64,000 nucleotides of DNA from Mobula hypostoma (GCF_963921235.1 NC_086097.1:69378001-69442000); one strand, 5' to 3'. Counted from the stretch's first letter, positions 24,877 to 38,490 are shown. The notes: a model not told the origin generated them from the letters alone. Numbers and translations are program-made.

Positions 24877-25680
24877 GTAAGTATACGTTTACATAGTTGC
24901 AGTTGTTATTACTTCGTGAAGTCATAGAAACTTGAATACGACCATTTATCACAATTTCAAACATCTGTAGGAAAGCACCCCAAGGTTAAGTTAAAAGGGA
25001 GGGTCAGGAAGGAAGAGATTTCTAAAGCAAAAGTGAAAATAGAGAACAAGGTCTCGCGGGGATTCAAAATGAAGTTGCATAGTTTGTATAGGTAGTTGCA
25101 GACATTACTGTTATGATTGGGTGCAAGGCATGGGAGATAACTAGTCTTTGGGAAACGTGAAAGTTAATCCATATTTCTCTAGCTTGCAAGGAAATTAAAT
25201 TGTAAAAAAAATACAAAGTGATTAAATACGAATCAGATCGCTTAATTCATTTTAATGTATGGATGACTTGAATTTTTTTTATCTTTCAGTTTGGAGCACT
25301 TTTGTGTTATCTATTATTATTCCTCTGATGCGATATACCTGATTATGGAGGGGGTGAGGAGAATTAATTTAGTTTGAGTGATATCAATATCAATCTCAAA
25401 ATACCAATTTCAAAAGTGTAGCTACTTTTAAATTAGAAGTGACGTCAGCCCATGTACCCCGCTATCTACCAGGTCATTGTAACCAAACAACTAACCACCA
25501 CATCCCATAGGCAAGTGTAAATATTTAAGTCACTGCATGCTACATGAATGCAGTATACTTCAAGTCAAATGATTGGAGGTGTAAATTCTATAAATTGTTA
25601 TTTATTGTTGGGACAGGGCTTCAATGACAAAAAGTAAACTTTTTTTTCCCAAACCAATTTCACTGGAACAAAAAACAGTA

Positions 25681-25878
25681 GGATTAAACTCTTCTCGGGG
25701 GTTCCAGCCAGGTACAGGTGTCAATTATAACCCATGTTTCGATGACAAACTCTGCCATCTTTATGAAGATGACAGTTTGTTATTGAAACATCAATTATAA
25801 TTGATACCTGTACCTGCCTGGAAGCCCAATAAGAGGTTATTCACCATGTATGCCAGGAAAGCACTGGATCCTTTTTTT
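25681..25878. mobile_element. Fold-back mini-element, probably Penelope-derived, in DTD2 intron 2
   Basis: ~70-bp imperfect inverted arms 25687-25838; 10-bp direct flanks AAAAACAGTA at 25671-25680 and 25879-25888; related copy at ~47400-47510. Confidence 0.75.
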
Positions 25879-26018
25879 AAAAACAGTATACATTAATTAG
25901 GTTTTGATTTTGTTCTTGTGGTTTTCATAACCTCTATTACTGTTATGAAGTTTATTTGGAATATGAAACATGACCGAATGTTCTTAGATTTGATGTCCAA
26001 TTTTTTTTCCTGTTGCAG

Positions 26019-26344
26019 TTAAAACACTGTTGAATGTGAAACTCTGTGAGGATAATGAAGGCAACCATTTGTCCGTGTTGGATCTACCTGCAAATGTTCT
26101 TATCATACCCCAGGCTACTTTGGGTGGTAAAGTGAAGGGACGGGCCATGCAATATCATGACAATATTGGAAAAGAGGAAGGCAAAGAGCTTTATGCACAC
26201 TTTGTAGCTCTCTGTGAAAAAGAGTTGGCCTCGAACAGTAAATGTGCTGACTCTGGAGTTGTAGTCAAGCATGGAACATATGGAAACAGACAAGTATTGC
26301 AAGTGGACACCAATGGCCCATATACACACTTGATTGAATTTTAA
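26019..26344 (+). CDS. DTD2: DTD2 exon 3
   Basis: ttgcag|[50 protein letters not shown]; PQATL and Gly-Pro motifs intact. Confidence 0.97.
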
Positions 26345-27227
26345 ATAAACTCAGTACCAACTAAACATCACTATTTAAAATGCTCTTTTTAATGTTCCAA
26401 TTTTATCTCAACAGCACATTTTCTTTTCGAGAGTAGCTACACAGTGATACTTGATTACCATTAGAAATGTGGACTGGTAAACAGGATGTTATTAAAGACA
26501 GTCTTGGTTGATGTTTAGACTTGTTATGTTGAATTTTGCTTTGGCAATTTGTGAAAGATGATTGAAATGCTAACTGGAAGATCCAATTGCACTCCCACAT
26601 GACGAGTTTCCTTTTATGACGGGTATGGGAAAGATGATAAGTATATTATTTTCTACACAATTTCACGTAAATAAAATAAAGTATTTGTTTCTTCATTGTA
26701 TCAAAGAGGCTCCTGGAAGCATATTTTGCTCTGTTTTTCTGGAAACTCCTATTTATGATTATCCGCCCTGGCACTTAATCTGTTTGGAACAACCATTTTA
26801 CTGGTTTAAATATAATCCCGTTCTTCTCAGATCTGTGAATATGCAACTTACATGTAAGCCAAAATGTTTACTAGATCGGAAAACTTGAACATTCAATTGC
26901 AATTAAAATTGTATTATGATGTAGAAAATAATCAGCAAGTCAAGGTGACAGCGTGTGATTAACTAAAAAGGAAAAAAAATCCATTTATGGAAGCTGTGTA
27001 AATACGATACCCTTCATAGTATCCCCAACTTTACAGCATGGTATCAACTGAAGACTTTTTCATACTCATTTAGCTTTAGGTTGAGGCGTCTTTGCCTTAG
27101 ATTCATCTGGGGTATTTGTTGGAAATTGAAGTACATGGTTTGGCATCTTTTCTGCCCCACAGTTCAAGAATCCACCATTCAGGTGAGATTTTAAACCCCA
27201 GCTAAAGTTTTATGAATAGAGCAGATA

Positions 27228-27460
27228 CCATGTTTCTCCCTGTGACCATATGGGTTTCCTCTGGGTGTTCGGGCTTTCTCCCACATTCTGAAGATGTGCA
27301 GATTACAGTTAGTAACTTGTGGGAATGCTACAGTGGCGCTGCAAGAATGGCGACACTTGCTGCCTGCCCCCAGCTCATTCTCGAACTGTGTTGGTCATTT
27401 GATGAAAAGCAATGCATTTCTCTGTATGTTTTGATGTGCATGTGACAAGTAAAGCGAACC
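27228..27460 (+). mobile_element. V-domain SINE (HE1/HER1-like), 5' truncated
   Basis: ttctccctgtgaccatatgggtttcctctgggtgttcgggctttctcccaca is the V-SINE core. Confidence 0.75.
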
Positions 27461-28131
27461 ATTAAAGATGTGTCTTGAAAGAAAGGCGGTGATTCCTTTC
27501 ATTTTCCCACAAGAGCAATCTTTCAAGAAGCTCGTAATTTCTGTTTTCTTTTTGATGACATCTGTGCCAATATTTCTTGTTCTGCTACCATAGCTGTCCC
27601 AAAGCCTATGTGTTCTGAGAAAAATGGCAATTAAATTTTTACCCATATCTTTCTTTGTTACTGTCTAAGACCTGACTGTCTAAGACCTAGTGCTGACTTC
27701 GGGTCCTTGATGGCTATGAGCATTTCTTCAAAGCCTGCGTCATTTTGTGTTCAAATATGCTCGACTTCAAGCAACATCAAACATTCCAGTCGGCTGTTCT
27801 TCACATGTGACACTTGCTAGCTTAGCTACACAAAGACTGTCTTGCACAGAAGTACAGCTCTAATTTGCTTTGTGTTTTTACAGAAATTGCTGGATATACC
27901 CAGCTTCTGTAGAGAGAAATGGTTAAAATTTCGGACTGATGACTTAACTGTTCAGTTGACTTTCTAATTTGAAATCAATTAGATGCATTCAGTTGATGCT
28001 ATGGTTGGTAAAAGTTTGTGTGAAATGAAAAATTGTAAACGAATAATGAAAAAGGTGTATAGAATTGATATCTACAGTATGTGATTCAGTTCTGATGTCA
28101 ATATAATGAAAAATGAGGACTGTATTTAATA

Positions 28132-30156
28132 CAAGCAACACACATCAAAGGTGCTGGTGAATGCAGCACGCCAGGCAGCATCTCTAGGAAGAGGTACAGT
28201 CGACGTTTCAGGCCGAGACCCTTGGTCAGGACTAACTGAAGGAAGAGTGAGTAAGAGATTTGAAAGGGGGAGGGGGAGATCCAAAATGATAGGAGAAGAC
28301 AAGGGAGGGGGAGGAACCTAGAGGATGGGCAAGGGATATATTCAGAGGGAGAAAAAGGAGAGTGAGAGAAAGAATGTGTGTATAAAAATAAATAACAGAT
28401 AGGGTACGAGGGGGAGGTGGGGCATTTGCGGAAGTTAGAGAAGTCGATGTTCATGCCATCAGGTTGGAGGCTACCCAGACGGAATATAAGGTGTTGTTCC
28501 TTCAACCTGAGTGTGGCTTCATCTTTACAGTAGAGGAGGCCGTGGATAGACATGTCAGAATGGGAATGGGATGTGGAATTAAAATGTGTGGCCACTGGGA
28601 GATCCTGCTTTCTCTGGCGGACAGAGCGTAGGCATTCAGCAAAGCCGTCTCCCAGTCTGCGTCGGGTCTCGCCAATATATAAAAGGCCGCATCGGGAGCA
28701 CCGGACGCACTATATCGCCCCAGCCGACTCGCAGGTGAAGTGTCGCCTCTCCTGGAAGGACTGTTTGGGGCCCTGAATGGTGGTAAGGGAGGAAGTGTAA
28801 GGGCATGTGTAGTACTTGTTCCGCTTACACGGATAAGTACCAGGAGGGAGATCAGTGGGGAGGGATGGGGGGGACGAATGGACAAGGGAGTTGTGTAGGG
28901 ACCGATCCCTGCGGAATGCAGAGAGAGGGGGGGAGGGAAAGATGTGCTTAGTGGTGGGATCCCGTTGGAGGTGGCGGAAGTTACAGAGAATAATTATGTT
29001 GGACCCGGAGGCTGGTGGGGTGGTAGGTGAGGACCAGGGGAACCCTATTCCTAGTGGGGTGGCGGGAGGATGGAGTGAGAGTAGATGTACGTGAAATGAG
29101 GGAGTTGCGTTTAAGAGCAGAGTTGATAGTGGAGGAAGGGAAGCCCCTTTCTTTGAAAAAGGAGGACATCTCCCTCGTCCTAGAATGAAAAGCCTCATCC
29201 TGAGAGCAGATGCGGCGGAGACGGAGGAATTGCGAGAAGGGGATGGCGTTTTTGCAAGAGACAGGGTGAGAAGAGGAATAGTCCAGATAGCTGTGAGAGT
29301 CAGTAGGCTTATAGTAGACATCAGTGGATAAGCTGTCTCCAGAGACAGAGACAGAAAGATCTAGAAAGGGGAGGGAGGTGTCGGAAATGGACCAGGTAAA
29401 CTTGACGGCAGGGTGAAAGTTGGAGGCAAAGTTAATAAAGTCAACGAGCTCTGCATGCGTGCAGGAAGCAGCGCCAATGCAGTCGTTGATGTAGCGAAGG
29501 AAAAGTGGGGGACTGATACCAGAATAGGTACGGAACATAGATTGTTCCACAAAGCCAACAAAAAGGCAGGCATAGCTAGGACCCATACGGGTGCCGATAG
29601 CTACACCTTTAGTTTGCAGGAAGTGGGAGGAGCTAAAGGAGAAATTATTAAGAGTAAGGACTAATTTCGCTGGACGGAGCAGAGTGGTGGTAGAGGGGAA
29701 CTGATTAGGTCTGGAATCCAAAAAGAAGCGGAGAGCTTTGAGACCTTCCTGATGGGGGATGGAAGTATATAGGGACTGGACATCTATGGTGAAAATAAAG
29801 CGGTGGGGGCCAGGGAACTTAAAATCATCGAAAAGTTTAAGAGCGTGAGAAGTGTCACGAACATAGGTAGGAAGGGATTGAACAAGGGGGGATAAAACGT
29901 GTCGAGGTATGCAGAAACGAGTTCGGTGGGGCAGGAGCAAGCTGAGACAATAGGTCGGTCAGGACAGGCAGGTTTGTGGATCTTGGGTAGGCGGTAGAAA
30001 CGGGAAGTGCGAGGTGTGGGAACTATAAGGTTGGTAGCAGTGGATGGGAGATCCCCTGAGCGGATAAAGTCGGTGATGGTGTGGGAATCTTGGGTTCACC
30101 AGCAACTTTGATGTGTGTTGCTTGAATTTCCAGCATCTGCAGAATTCCTGTTGTGT
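28132..30156 (-). mobile_element. Penelope-like retroelement, 5' truncated (RT + GIY-YIG endonuclease), with inverted terminal piece
   Basis: RT: FTIDVQSLYTSIPHQEG..QTKGVAIGTRMGPSYACLF..FLRYIND..LPFLDL..VYYKPTDSHSYLDYSSSHP; GIY-YIG region CSRCGLLYIGETRRRL; 14-bp TSD GACTGTATTTAATA at 28118-28131 and 30157-30170; frameshifted. Confidence 0.92.
28197..28233 (-). ncRNA. Minimal hammerhead ribozyme motif in the Penelope terminal repeat (core mutated)
   Basis: - strand AGTC-CTGACcA-AGG-gtctcgg-CCT-GAAA-C-GTC-GACT; G8 of CUGANGA is C. Confidence 0.65.
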
Positions 30157-30349
30157 GACTGTATTTAATAGTTGGGGTTTTGGGAGCAGTACTTAAAGCC
30201 CCTATTTGAAATAAAGTAACATATGAGATTTTTTTTGTGTACAATTAGTCCTTTAAGCAGTCCAAGTGATTTTTATGCTGACAGAGATCATCGGATTGAT
30301 ATGTTCTGTCTATACTTAAGTGATACACAAAGGAATCTGAAATAACCTA

Positions 30350-31900
30350 GAATCATAGAGCACTATGGCACAGAAACAGATGGTTCATTACAGCCAGTGC
30401 ATCCCAAACTTATTCTGCCTAGTTCCATTGACCTGCGCCTGGACCATAGCCCTCCTTAACCCTCCCTCCCATCCATGTACTTACACAAATTTTTCTTGGA
30501 TGTTGAAATTGAACTTGCATCCACCACTTCTGGTGGCTACTCGTGCCATGCATGCATCATCATCTGAATGAAGAAGTTTCCTTTAATATTTCACCTTTCA
30601 CTCTTAAGGTATGGCCTCCAGTTTTAGTCTCACCCACCCTCAGTGGAAAAAGCCTGCTTGCATTAACCCCATCTATACCCCTCAGAATTTTCTGTACCAC
30701 TATAAAGTCTCTCATTCCCTTATACTCCAGGGAATAAAATCTTAACCTGTTCAACTTTTCCTGTAACTCATGGACTGGCAACATCCTTGAGAAGTTATCT
30801 TTACTTTTTTAATCTTATTGATATCTTTCCAGTAGGTAGGTGACCAGAACCACACATACTTCAGATCTGGCCTCACAAATGTCTTCAACTTAAACATAAC
30901 ATTCAAACTCCTGTACACAATATATTATGAAGGCCAATGTGCCAGAAGTTTTCTTTTCAATCCTTTCTACCTATGACACTACTTTCATCAAATTATAGAT
31001 CTGTATTCTGAAACGCCTCTGTTCTAACACATTCCTCAGTGCCCTGTCATTCATTTTGCAAGCCCTGCCCTGGTTTGTTCTACTGTGGTTTGTCTTCCCA
31101 AAGTGCAATATCTCACACTTATCTGCATCAAATTCCATCTGCCACCTTACCAGCTGTTTCAGATACCGCTGCAAGCTTTGTTAGCCTTTCTTGCTGTTGA
31201 TTATGCCCCTGATCTTGGTGTTATCTGCAAATTTGCTGATCCAGTTTAGCACATTATCATCCAAATCATTGATGTAGGTGATAGCCAACAACAGGCCGAG
31301 CACTGATTGCTGTGGCACACCACTAGTCACAGGTGTTAAGTCAGAAAGGCAACCATGTGCAAGCAGTCTCTGGCTTCTCCCAAAAAGCCAATGTTGAATC
31401 CAATTTTCTATGCTGAATGCCAAGCGACTGCAGCCTCTTGACCAGCCTCCTATGTGGTACTTTGTCAAAAGCCTTGCTAAAGTTTACTGCCTTTCCTTCA
31501 TCAACTTTCCTGATAACCTCCCCAAAAAAATCTAAGATTGGTTAGACATAACCTACCACACACAAAACCATGTTGACTATCCTTATTAATAAGGACCTGC
31601 TATCCAAACACTTATATATTCAGTCCCTTAGAATACGTACAATAATATACCCACTACTGACATCAGGCCCACCAGCCATGAACTCTGCTATTTTGCCTCA
31701 GTTCTGTAGATTCTGTGTCCATCTCCTGAGTAAATACAGATGCAAAAAGTCCATTTAAGATCTCCATTTGTTTTGTGTCTGTACATAGATGACCATGCCG
31801 TTCTCAAGTGGACCAATTTTGTCCCTTGCTATGCTTTTGCTCTTAATATATCTGCAGGAGCTGTTGGGATTCTCCTTCACCTTCTCTGTCATCTGAGTCA
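30350..31900 (-). mobile_element. CR1 LINE 3' portion
   Basis: VTSGVPQQSVLGLLL..YINDLDDNV..ISKFADNTKI; WQMEFDADKCEILHFG; tail agaatcatagag. Confidence 0.85.
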
Positions 31901-32269
31901 CTATTCTCTGCAGCATTTTCGTAAGTCTCATTCAATGATTATAGCTCTTTCTCTTGATTTCCACTTTTCATCCTATTCTGGAATTTCTGTGAATACAGAT
32001 CTACACACTTATCAACTGTGAGTGTGTTGGATATTTAATCATGCTTCTGCTAGGCAAGGACAGATTCTGCAGGTGCTTGTCAATATTTATCCCTCAAATC
32101 ACCTTTGCGACAGTTATCATGTTACTGGTTACGGGATCTTGCAGTGCACACAAATTAGCTGTCATAGTTACTGGAGACTCTATTTTGTAGATGCAATATA
32201 GTTGTAACATAGCTCATAAGACCCATGTCTTTGTAATACATTCTATAAATACAACTCTTTAACTGGATT

Positions 32270-35160
32270 AATCTCTGTGCCACGGGCTAATACAAGTAGG
32301 AATGGGGTGATGGCACAGATGAATGAGGGACTGGTGAGATGGAGCAGGGGACAGGGTTTCAGGTTCTTAGATCATTGGAACCTGTACAAGCGGGACGGGT
32401 TGCACCTGAACTGGAGGGGAACCAATATCCTGGGTGGGAGGTTTGCTGATCCTATCAGGAGAGTTTAAACTAGTTTTGCAGGAGGCTGAGAACTGGAGCC
32501 ACAGGTCAGTAAGGGAAGGATCAAACCAGAAGGTAGGTAAGTATTGAAAGGCAAAATAGAAATAACAGGAATGTTGGGTCGGATGGTTTGAAGTCTATAT
32601 TTTAATACCAGGAGTATTATGGATAAGGGTGATGGAACTATGATGATGTAGCCATCACTGAAACCTGGTTGAGAGAGAGGCAGGAAGTCATAGAAAAGAT
32701 GGCGGGGGTAGCAGTTGCACTACTAACCAGGAACAGTATCACAGCTGCACTCCAGGGACAGAAAACAGAAGGGTCAGACACTGAGTCCATTTGGGTAGAA
32801 CTTGGGAATAGGAAGGGTGCAATCACACAGATGTGATTGTACTATAGACCCCCAAATAGCCACCGGGACATTGTGGAACAGATATGTAAGCAGATAAGGA
32901 AATATGTAAAAATAATAGGGTTGTTGTCATGGGGAATTTCAACTTCCCTAATATAAACTGGGACCACCTTAGTGCAAGAGGTTTAGATGGGGCTGAATTT
33001 GTTGAGTGTATCCAGGAAGGTTTCTTAAATCAATATGTGGACGGTCCAATGAGAGGAGGGGCTGTACTGGACCTGGTGTTGGGTAATGAGCCTTTCAGTG
33101 GGTGAACAGATAGGGAACAGTAATTACAACTTCTTATCTTTCGGGTTAGCTATAGATGTGGATAGGTATGGTCCTTGTGGGAGAGTCTTAGAGTAGGACA
33201 AATTATGAAGGCATTTGGCAGAAACTACTAAGTGTTAATTAGGAACACATTTTCTCTTGTAAGTCTACATCATACGTGTGGAGAGTGTTTAAAGATCAAT
33301 TGCACAGAGTACAGGAAAGGTATGTCCTTGTTAGAAGGAAGGATGGGGACGGAATGATAAAGAACCTTGGATGTCCAGACAGGAGATGAATTTAGTCAAG
33401 AAGAAAAAGGAAAGATATCTAAAGCTTTGGAAGTCAGGATCAAATGAAGCACATGAGGAGGCCAGAAAAGAATTAAAGAGAGAATTGGGAAACCCAAGAG
33501 GGGCCATGAAAAGTTCTTAGGATTAAGGTGAATCGCAAGGCATTCTACTGTATACATTCATCATGAGCAGGAACATAACTAGGGAGAGGGTGGGACCACT
33601 CAAGGATAAAGGAGGGAACATTTGCTTGGATATGGAGAATGTCAGTGAGGCATTTAAAGAGTACTTTGCTTCATTATTTACGATGGAAAAGCATATGGAG
33701 GACCAGGAGATCAGTGCTGAGTGTATAAATATGTTAGGGCATTTAGAGGTCAAGGAGGAAGAAGTGTTGTGCCTCTGAATGAGTATTAAGGTGGATAAGT
33801 CCCCAGGGCCTGATGGGATTTGCCCCAGGATATTGAAGGAAGCAAGAGATTACTGGGCCCTTGACCAGTTTCCACATGTCCTTAGAGATAAGATTTAAGC
33901 ATTTTTAGTTAACCTAGTTAGAGAGAGCCAGCATGGCTTTGTGTGGGGCAGGTCCTGTCTTACCAACTTTTTTGACAAGGTGATAGATTGATGAGGGGAG
34001 GGCGGTGGATGTTGTCTACATGGATTTTAGTAAGGTGTTTGATAAAGTCCCTCATGGGAGGCTAATCCAGAAGATAAGATGTATGTGGTCCACAGCAAAT
34101 TAGCTGTTTGGATTCAAAACTGACTTGCACAAAGAAGTCAAAGGGTAGTGGCTGAAACAACATTTGAGCTGGAGGTCTGTAATTTGTGGTGTACCACAGG
34201 GATCTGCTGGAACCTCTGCTGTTTGTAATGTATATAAATGACCTAGATGAAATTGTAGATGGGTAGGTTAGTAAGTTTGCAGATGATCCGAAGATTGGTG
34301 GAGTTGCGGCTGGTGTAGAAGACTGGCGAAGAATACAGCGCAATATAGGTAAGTTGCAGATATAGGCAGAGAAATGGCAGATGGAGTTTAACTCAGATAA
34401 ATGTGAAATGTAGGGAAAATGCAAAGAGACAGTACACTGTTAAGGGCAAGATCCTTAACAGTCTTGTTGAACAGAGAGATCTTGCGATCCAAGTTCATAG
34501 CTCCTTGAACGTGGCTACACAGGTCAATAAGGTGGTTAAGAAGGCTTATGGAATACTTGCTTTTATTAGTTGAGGCATTGAGTTCAAAAGTCAAGAGATT
34601 ATGTTGCAACTTTATATAACTCTCGTTAGCCCACATCTGGAGTATTGCATACAGTTCTGGTCGCCCCTTTAGGAAGGATATTGAGGCTCTGGAGAGGGTG
34701 CAGAAGAGGTTTACCAGGATACTGCCTGGTTTAGAGGGCATGTGCTATCATGAGAGGCTGGGTAAACTTGGGTTGTTTTTTCTGGAACACTGGAGGCTGA
34801 GGACAGATCTGATAGAACTTTATAAGATTATGCAAGGATTCGATAGAGTGGACAGATAGTATCTGTTTTCAAGGATTAAAATATCTAATACCAGAGGGCA
34901 TGCTTTGAAGGTGAGAGGGTGTAGGCTCAAGGGAGATGTGAGGGGTAATAGATGCCTGGAATATGCCGCCTAGTATGGTGGTGAAGGCAAATACTTTAGA
35001 GGCTTTTAAGAGACATTAGGATGGGCACATGGGGGAAGATGGAAGGATATGGACATGGTGTATAGGAGGGATTCATGTTTGGACATTTTTGACTTGCATT
35101 TTAGCTGGTTCAGTACAACATTGTGGGCTGAACAGCCTGTTCCTGTGCTGTACTGTTCTA
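32270..35160 (+). mobile_element. CR1 LINE (end of ORF1 through 3' end)
   Basis: LYKRDGLHLNWRGTNIL; VAITETWL; TRERVGPLKDKGGN; RT motifs; tail gtgctgtactgttcta. Confidence 0.88.
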
Positions 35161-36429
35161 TCAAAATGGATTTGAAAAGAGTTTTTCCTGCTGTTTGGTT
35201 GCTTACAATGGTCTTGGTATTCTCACTTAGAAGGGAATAAATCAACAGACTGTAGGTTCTAGCTTGTAACTGTTGTCTGGTGACATGAGGGAATGTACTC
35301 CTCTGTTGATATAACATGGGAAGAGAATTAATTTTCTTTTTGACAAATTGTTAATTTATTCATAAAAAAGTTTCTGTTTAGCTAAAATACATGAGGACTT
35401 TGCTTGGGGAAATCATACCTCACTAGCTGGTATGAGTGGAAGAACTGACAAAAGTAAACCAAAATGAATTGACACCAGCTTCATGTGTGTCTTGCAACAC
35501 AGAATACTTAATGGTCATTTGTGGAACTGAAGATGAATGATGCTACTTAGAATGACAGAGCAGTTCTGAAATGTGACATTGATGCAGGTTTTTCACTACA
35601 GTACATTGATTCTGGACTAGTGATATTTCTTGTGCATTTAGATGTAAGAATCATTTCTGTCCAGGAGGCAAGTTGCCCTTGTATATGTTTCCCAGTTTTA
35701 CTACAAATGCACTTCTGTTGGTGTGCGGAGCGGAGAAAATGCCTCCAGTGTAATGCTATCCAATTTAGAAATGGACAGAATGAGTAAATTAAGTAAACAG
35801 AGGAAATCTTCTGTCTGGCCAGGGATATTATGGCAAAAAAAATCTTGATATATAAAAAAATGCTTTTCCTTCACCAGGCTTTGATTTTTCAGGAAATGTC
35901 AGAATTTTATATTTTATAAAATTAGAACATACAAAATTAAAGTCAAGTTTGTCATATGCATGTGGATATGGACTTCTTAAAAAGCAGGATTAAAGGTCAT
36001 AATTTTACAATATGAATGTCAATGCTTGAGTAAAAGCTCCTTGATGGCTTTATCAGACCACAATAGGTTTTAGTGCTAGCCTGTACTGAGTAACGTATTA
36101 AAACATAGAAATAATAAGTGGGGGAGGGAGACTCAGGAATTTGGGTAAAGGATATTCTGCAAACAGAAATAAATTCACCAGTCTTCGATTCAGTGTTACT
36201 CCGAGGATGCATTCAGTCCTCAGGGCAAAATCCTTTAATGAGTAGAAGTAAGTGAAGTTGACAGGTTAAATCCTTTGCTGAAGCTCCACCACTTCTGACT
36301 GAAGAATATTTCAAGGGCTTCTCTTCTGTTGATGTAGCATTTGTAAAAAAGATGAGTTGACAGCACAAATTGATATTGACATGAGTATGATCTTGTAGCT
36401 CCTACAGAGATTTGATTACAGAATGACAA

Positions 36430-37770
36430 GGACTGGGAATTCTGTATTTCAGATTATTCAAATGTCCAAAATAAGTAGGCAAACATGGAAAGGAGGAGGG
36501 TTGGCATTGCTGATTAAGGAAGACATCATTGTAATGGTGAATAGTAATATGGATAATATTGTGGAATGCAATTGAATGGAAATACGAGTGGGAATCGTCT
36601 GTGGTCCCACAGAGTGTTGTTTCTCAGAAGTCAAAACATAAACAGGGAGATATTAAAGGCAAAATGAAGAGAAATGCAGTTAGAATGGGTGATTTTACTT
36701 TGCATATTGTTAGAGCTAATTAAAGTGTAAAGGGTACCACAGAAGAGTATTGTGTAATTATGTCAGGTATAGTCTCTCAGAGCAATATGTTACTGAACCT
36801 ACCTTGAGGGATTCTGTAAGAACAATGATCTATCTGCTGTTAACAAATTAGATCAAAAATAATGTTAAATTGAAAACTAAAACACACAAACTTCAAGACA
36901 AATTTGTCATATGCATAGGTGCAATGAAAAACCTGTAGTAGCAGCATCATAGGCACATAGCATATTTGGCATCAACAGGAAAGGCATAAATTAATGACAT
37001 AAATCATACAAAACTATATAAGAAAATACAATCAGAATAAAAAAAACGAAGTCCATTGTAGAACAAAGTGATCAATGTTGTTATACTGAGGTAGTGATTA
37101 GAGTTGTGTAGTTTGTTTCAGGGACGGATTGGTGGAACAGAAAAGGCAAGGGCTGGAAATGTTTCAAGATCCAGCAGTGAAAGATTTTTTTAAAAGGTAA
37201 CAGGGAAGACAATTGATGATGAGCAAAAGCTTTCTAGTTTCAAACCAAACAGCAAGCATTTCCGTGCATTTTTTTAAAAAGAGGGTAGTGAATGTAATTT
37301 TGGAATCCCCAGAGGATGAGACTAGAAAAGAAGTAATAAAAAGAAATTTATTGGTGGGGGGGGGATCAAAAAGTAGGAAATAGATGGTTTAACAGTTATT
37401 TTTGGTAAAATGCTAGAGTCTAGGAAGACCACATTGCTGATAATTTTAAAATATATGATCAAACCATGTCAATATTGTTTTATGAAAGGTAAATCAAGTT
37501 GACAACTTTGCTGGAGTTGTTTAATGTTGTTGGAGTTGTTCCATATTCCAACATATCTTATTGAGGGAAGTTTCTCATGCAATGCATGTTTGAAAAGGTG
37601 GTAGAGGGGAAAACTGGTGCAAAAGAACTCATAATTGTATGGTGGCATGGAGCAAATTATTCTTCTTTAGGCTTGGATTGCATCTAGGGGAGTGAGTTCA
37701 GGACTTGGCGCTCTATTATCTATATTAATGACTTGGAAGAGGGACAGAATATAAGGTATCCAATGTTATC
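36430..37770 (+). mobile_element. Highly decayed CR1 ORF2
   Basis: ggaggagggttggcattgctgattaagga (GGGVALLIK) and ..tatattaatgacttggaaga (YINDLE) remnants. Confidence 0.55.
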
Positions 37771-37799
37771 TCATATTCTACACAGCAGTAGAAGTTCAA

Positions 37800-38490
37800 C
37801 ATTACAAATGATTGGCGCCATTGAAACCTCCCTTGCATTTCAATCCGTGTAATATTCACCACTTTGAGACCCCCGTGGAAAGATAGGATGAGTTCTCCGA
37901 TCGAAGCTCAGGGTGTACTGACTGACGCGCAGTCGTGAGCTTTGGAGCCGTTCGGTTGCTCGGAGTTAGCTCGCTGGCCTGGCCCCTCCGTCGATCACTC
38001 GCACACTCGGGCTTGGGCTCGCTGGCTCGGCCTGGTCCTCGGCTCCACGCCGTCGCTTGGTCACGGCACCTGTAGCCGGGGAGAGGCAGCCGCTCCGTGC
38101 TGCGAGCCTTTAGCCGTGCAGATCAGTCGACGGGGCAGGAACGAGTCCCCATGACGGTGAGTGAGTGCTGAACCGGAGGCGGGCCCGGGGCCTGATGTTT
38201 GGAGTTGGACGGGTAGGCTGGGAAGGAGCGCTCGACTCCGTACTCCCAACAACCTCCCTACTCGGTTTTCGGGGTGACCCCTCACACGGGGTCATCACCC
38301 AGCCAACGCCTGAAGTTGTGCCGAAAGGTAGAGGTGCTCAACTTCTGTTTCTGGGAACTCGCTGATTAAATCGTTCAGGAGGGAGGGTCGGACCGAGGAG
38401 GCGAACGGTCGAGGGAAGGCTTTCCCTTCGCTTTCGATGGGGCTGCCTAGCGTGAGGCTCTGAAGTGGATCTGATCGGCAAGCCCGCAGA
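37800..38490 (+). promoter_or_regulatory. HEATR5A: HEATR5A CpG-island promoter with probable non-coding exon 1 (donor after 38156)
   Basis: Only CpG island between DTD2 and the HEATR5A ATG; strong donor ACG|gtgagt at 38156/38157; ATTGG and TTGGCGCC motifs near 37812. Confidence 0.7.

Noticed and set aside
37942-38365. Short ORFs in the HEATR5A CpG island
   Set aside because: GC-rich chance ORFs; the HEATR5 N-terminus is complete at 49778
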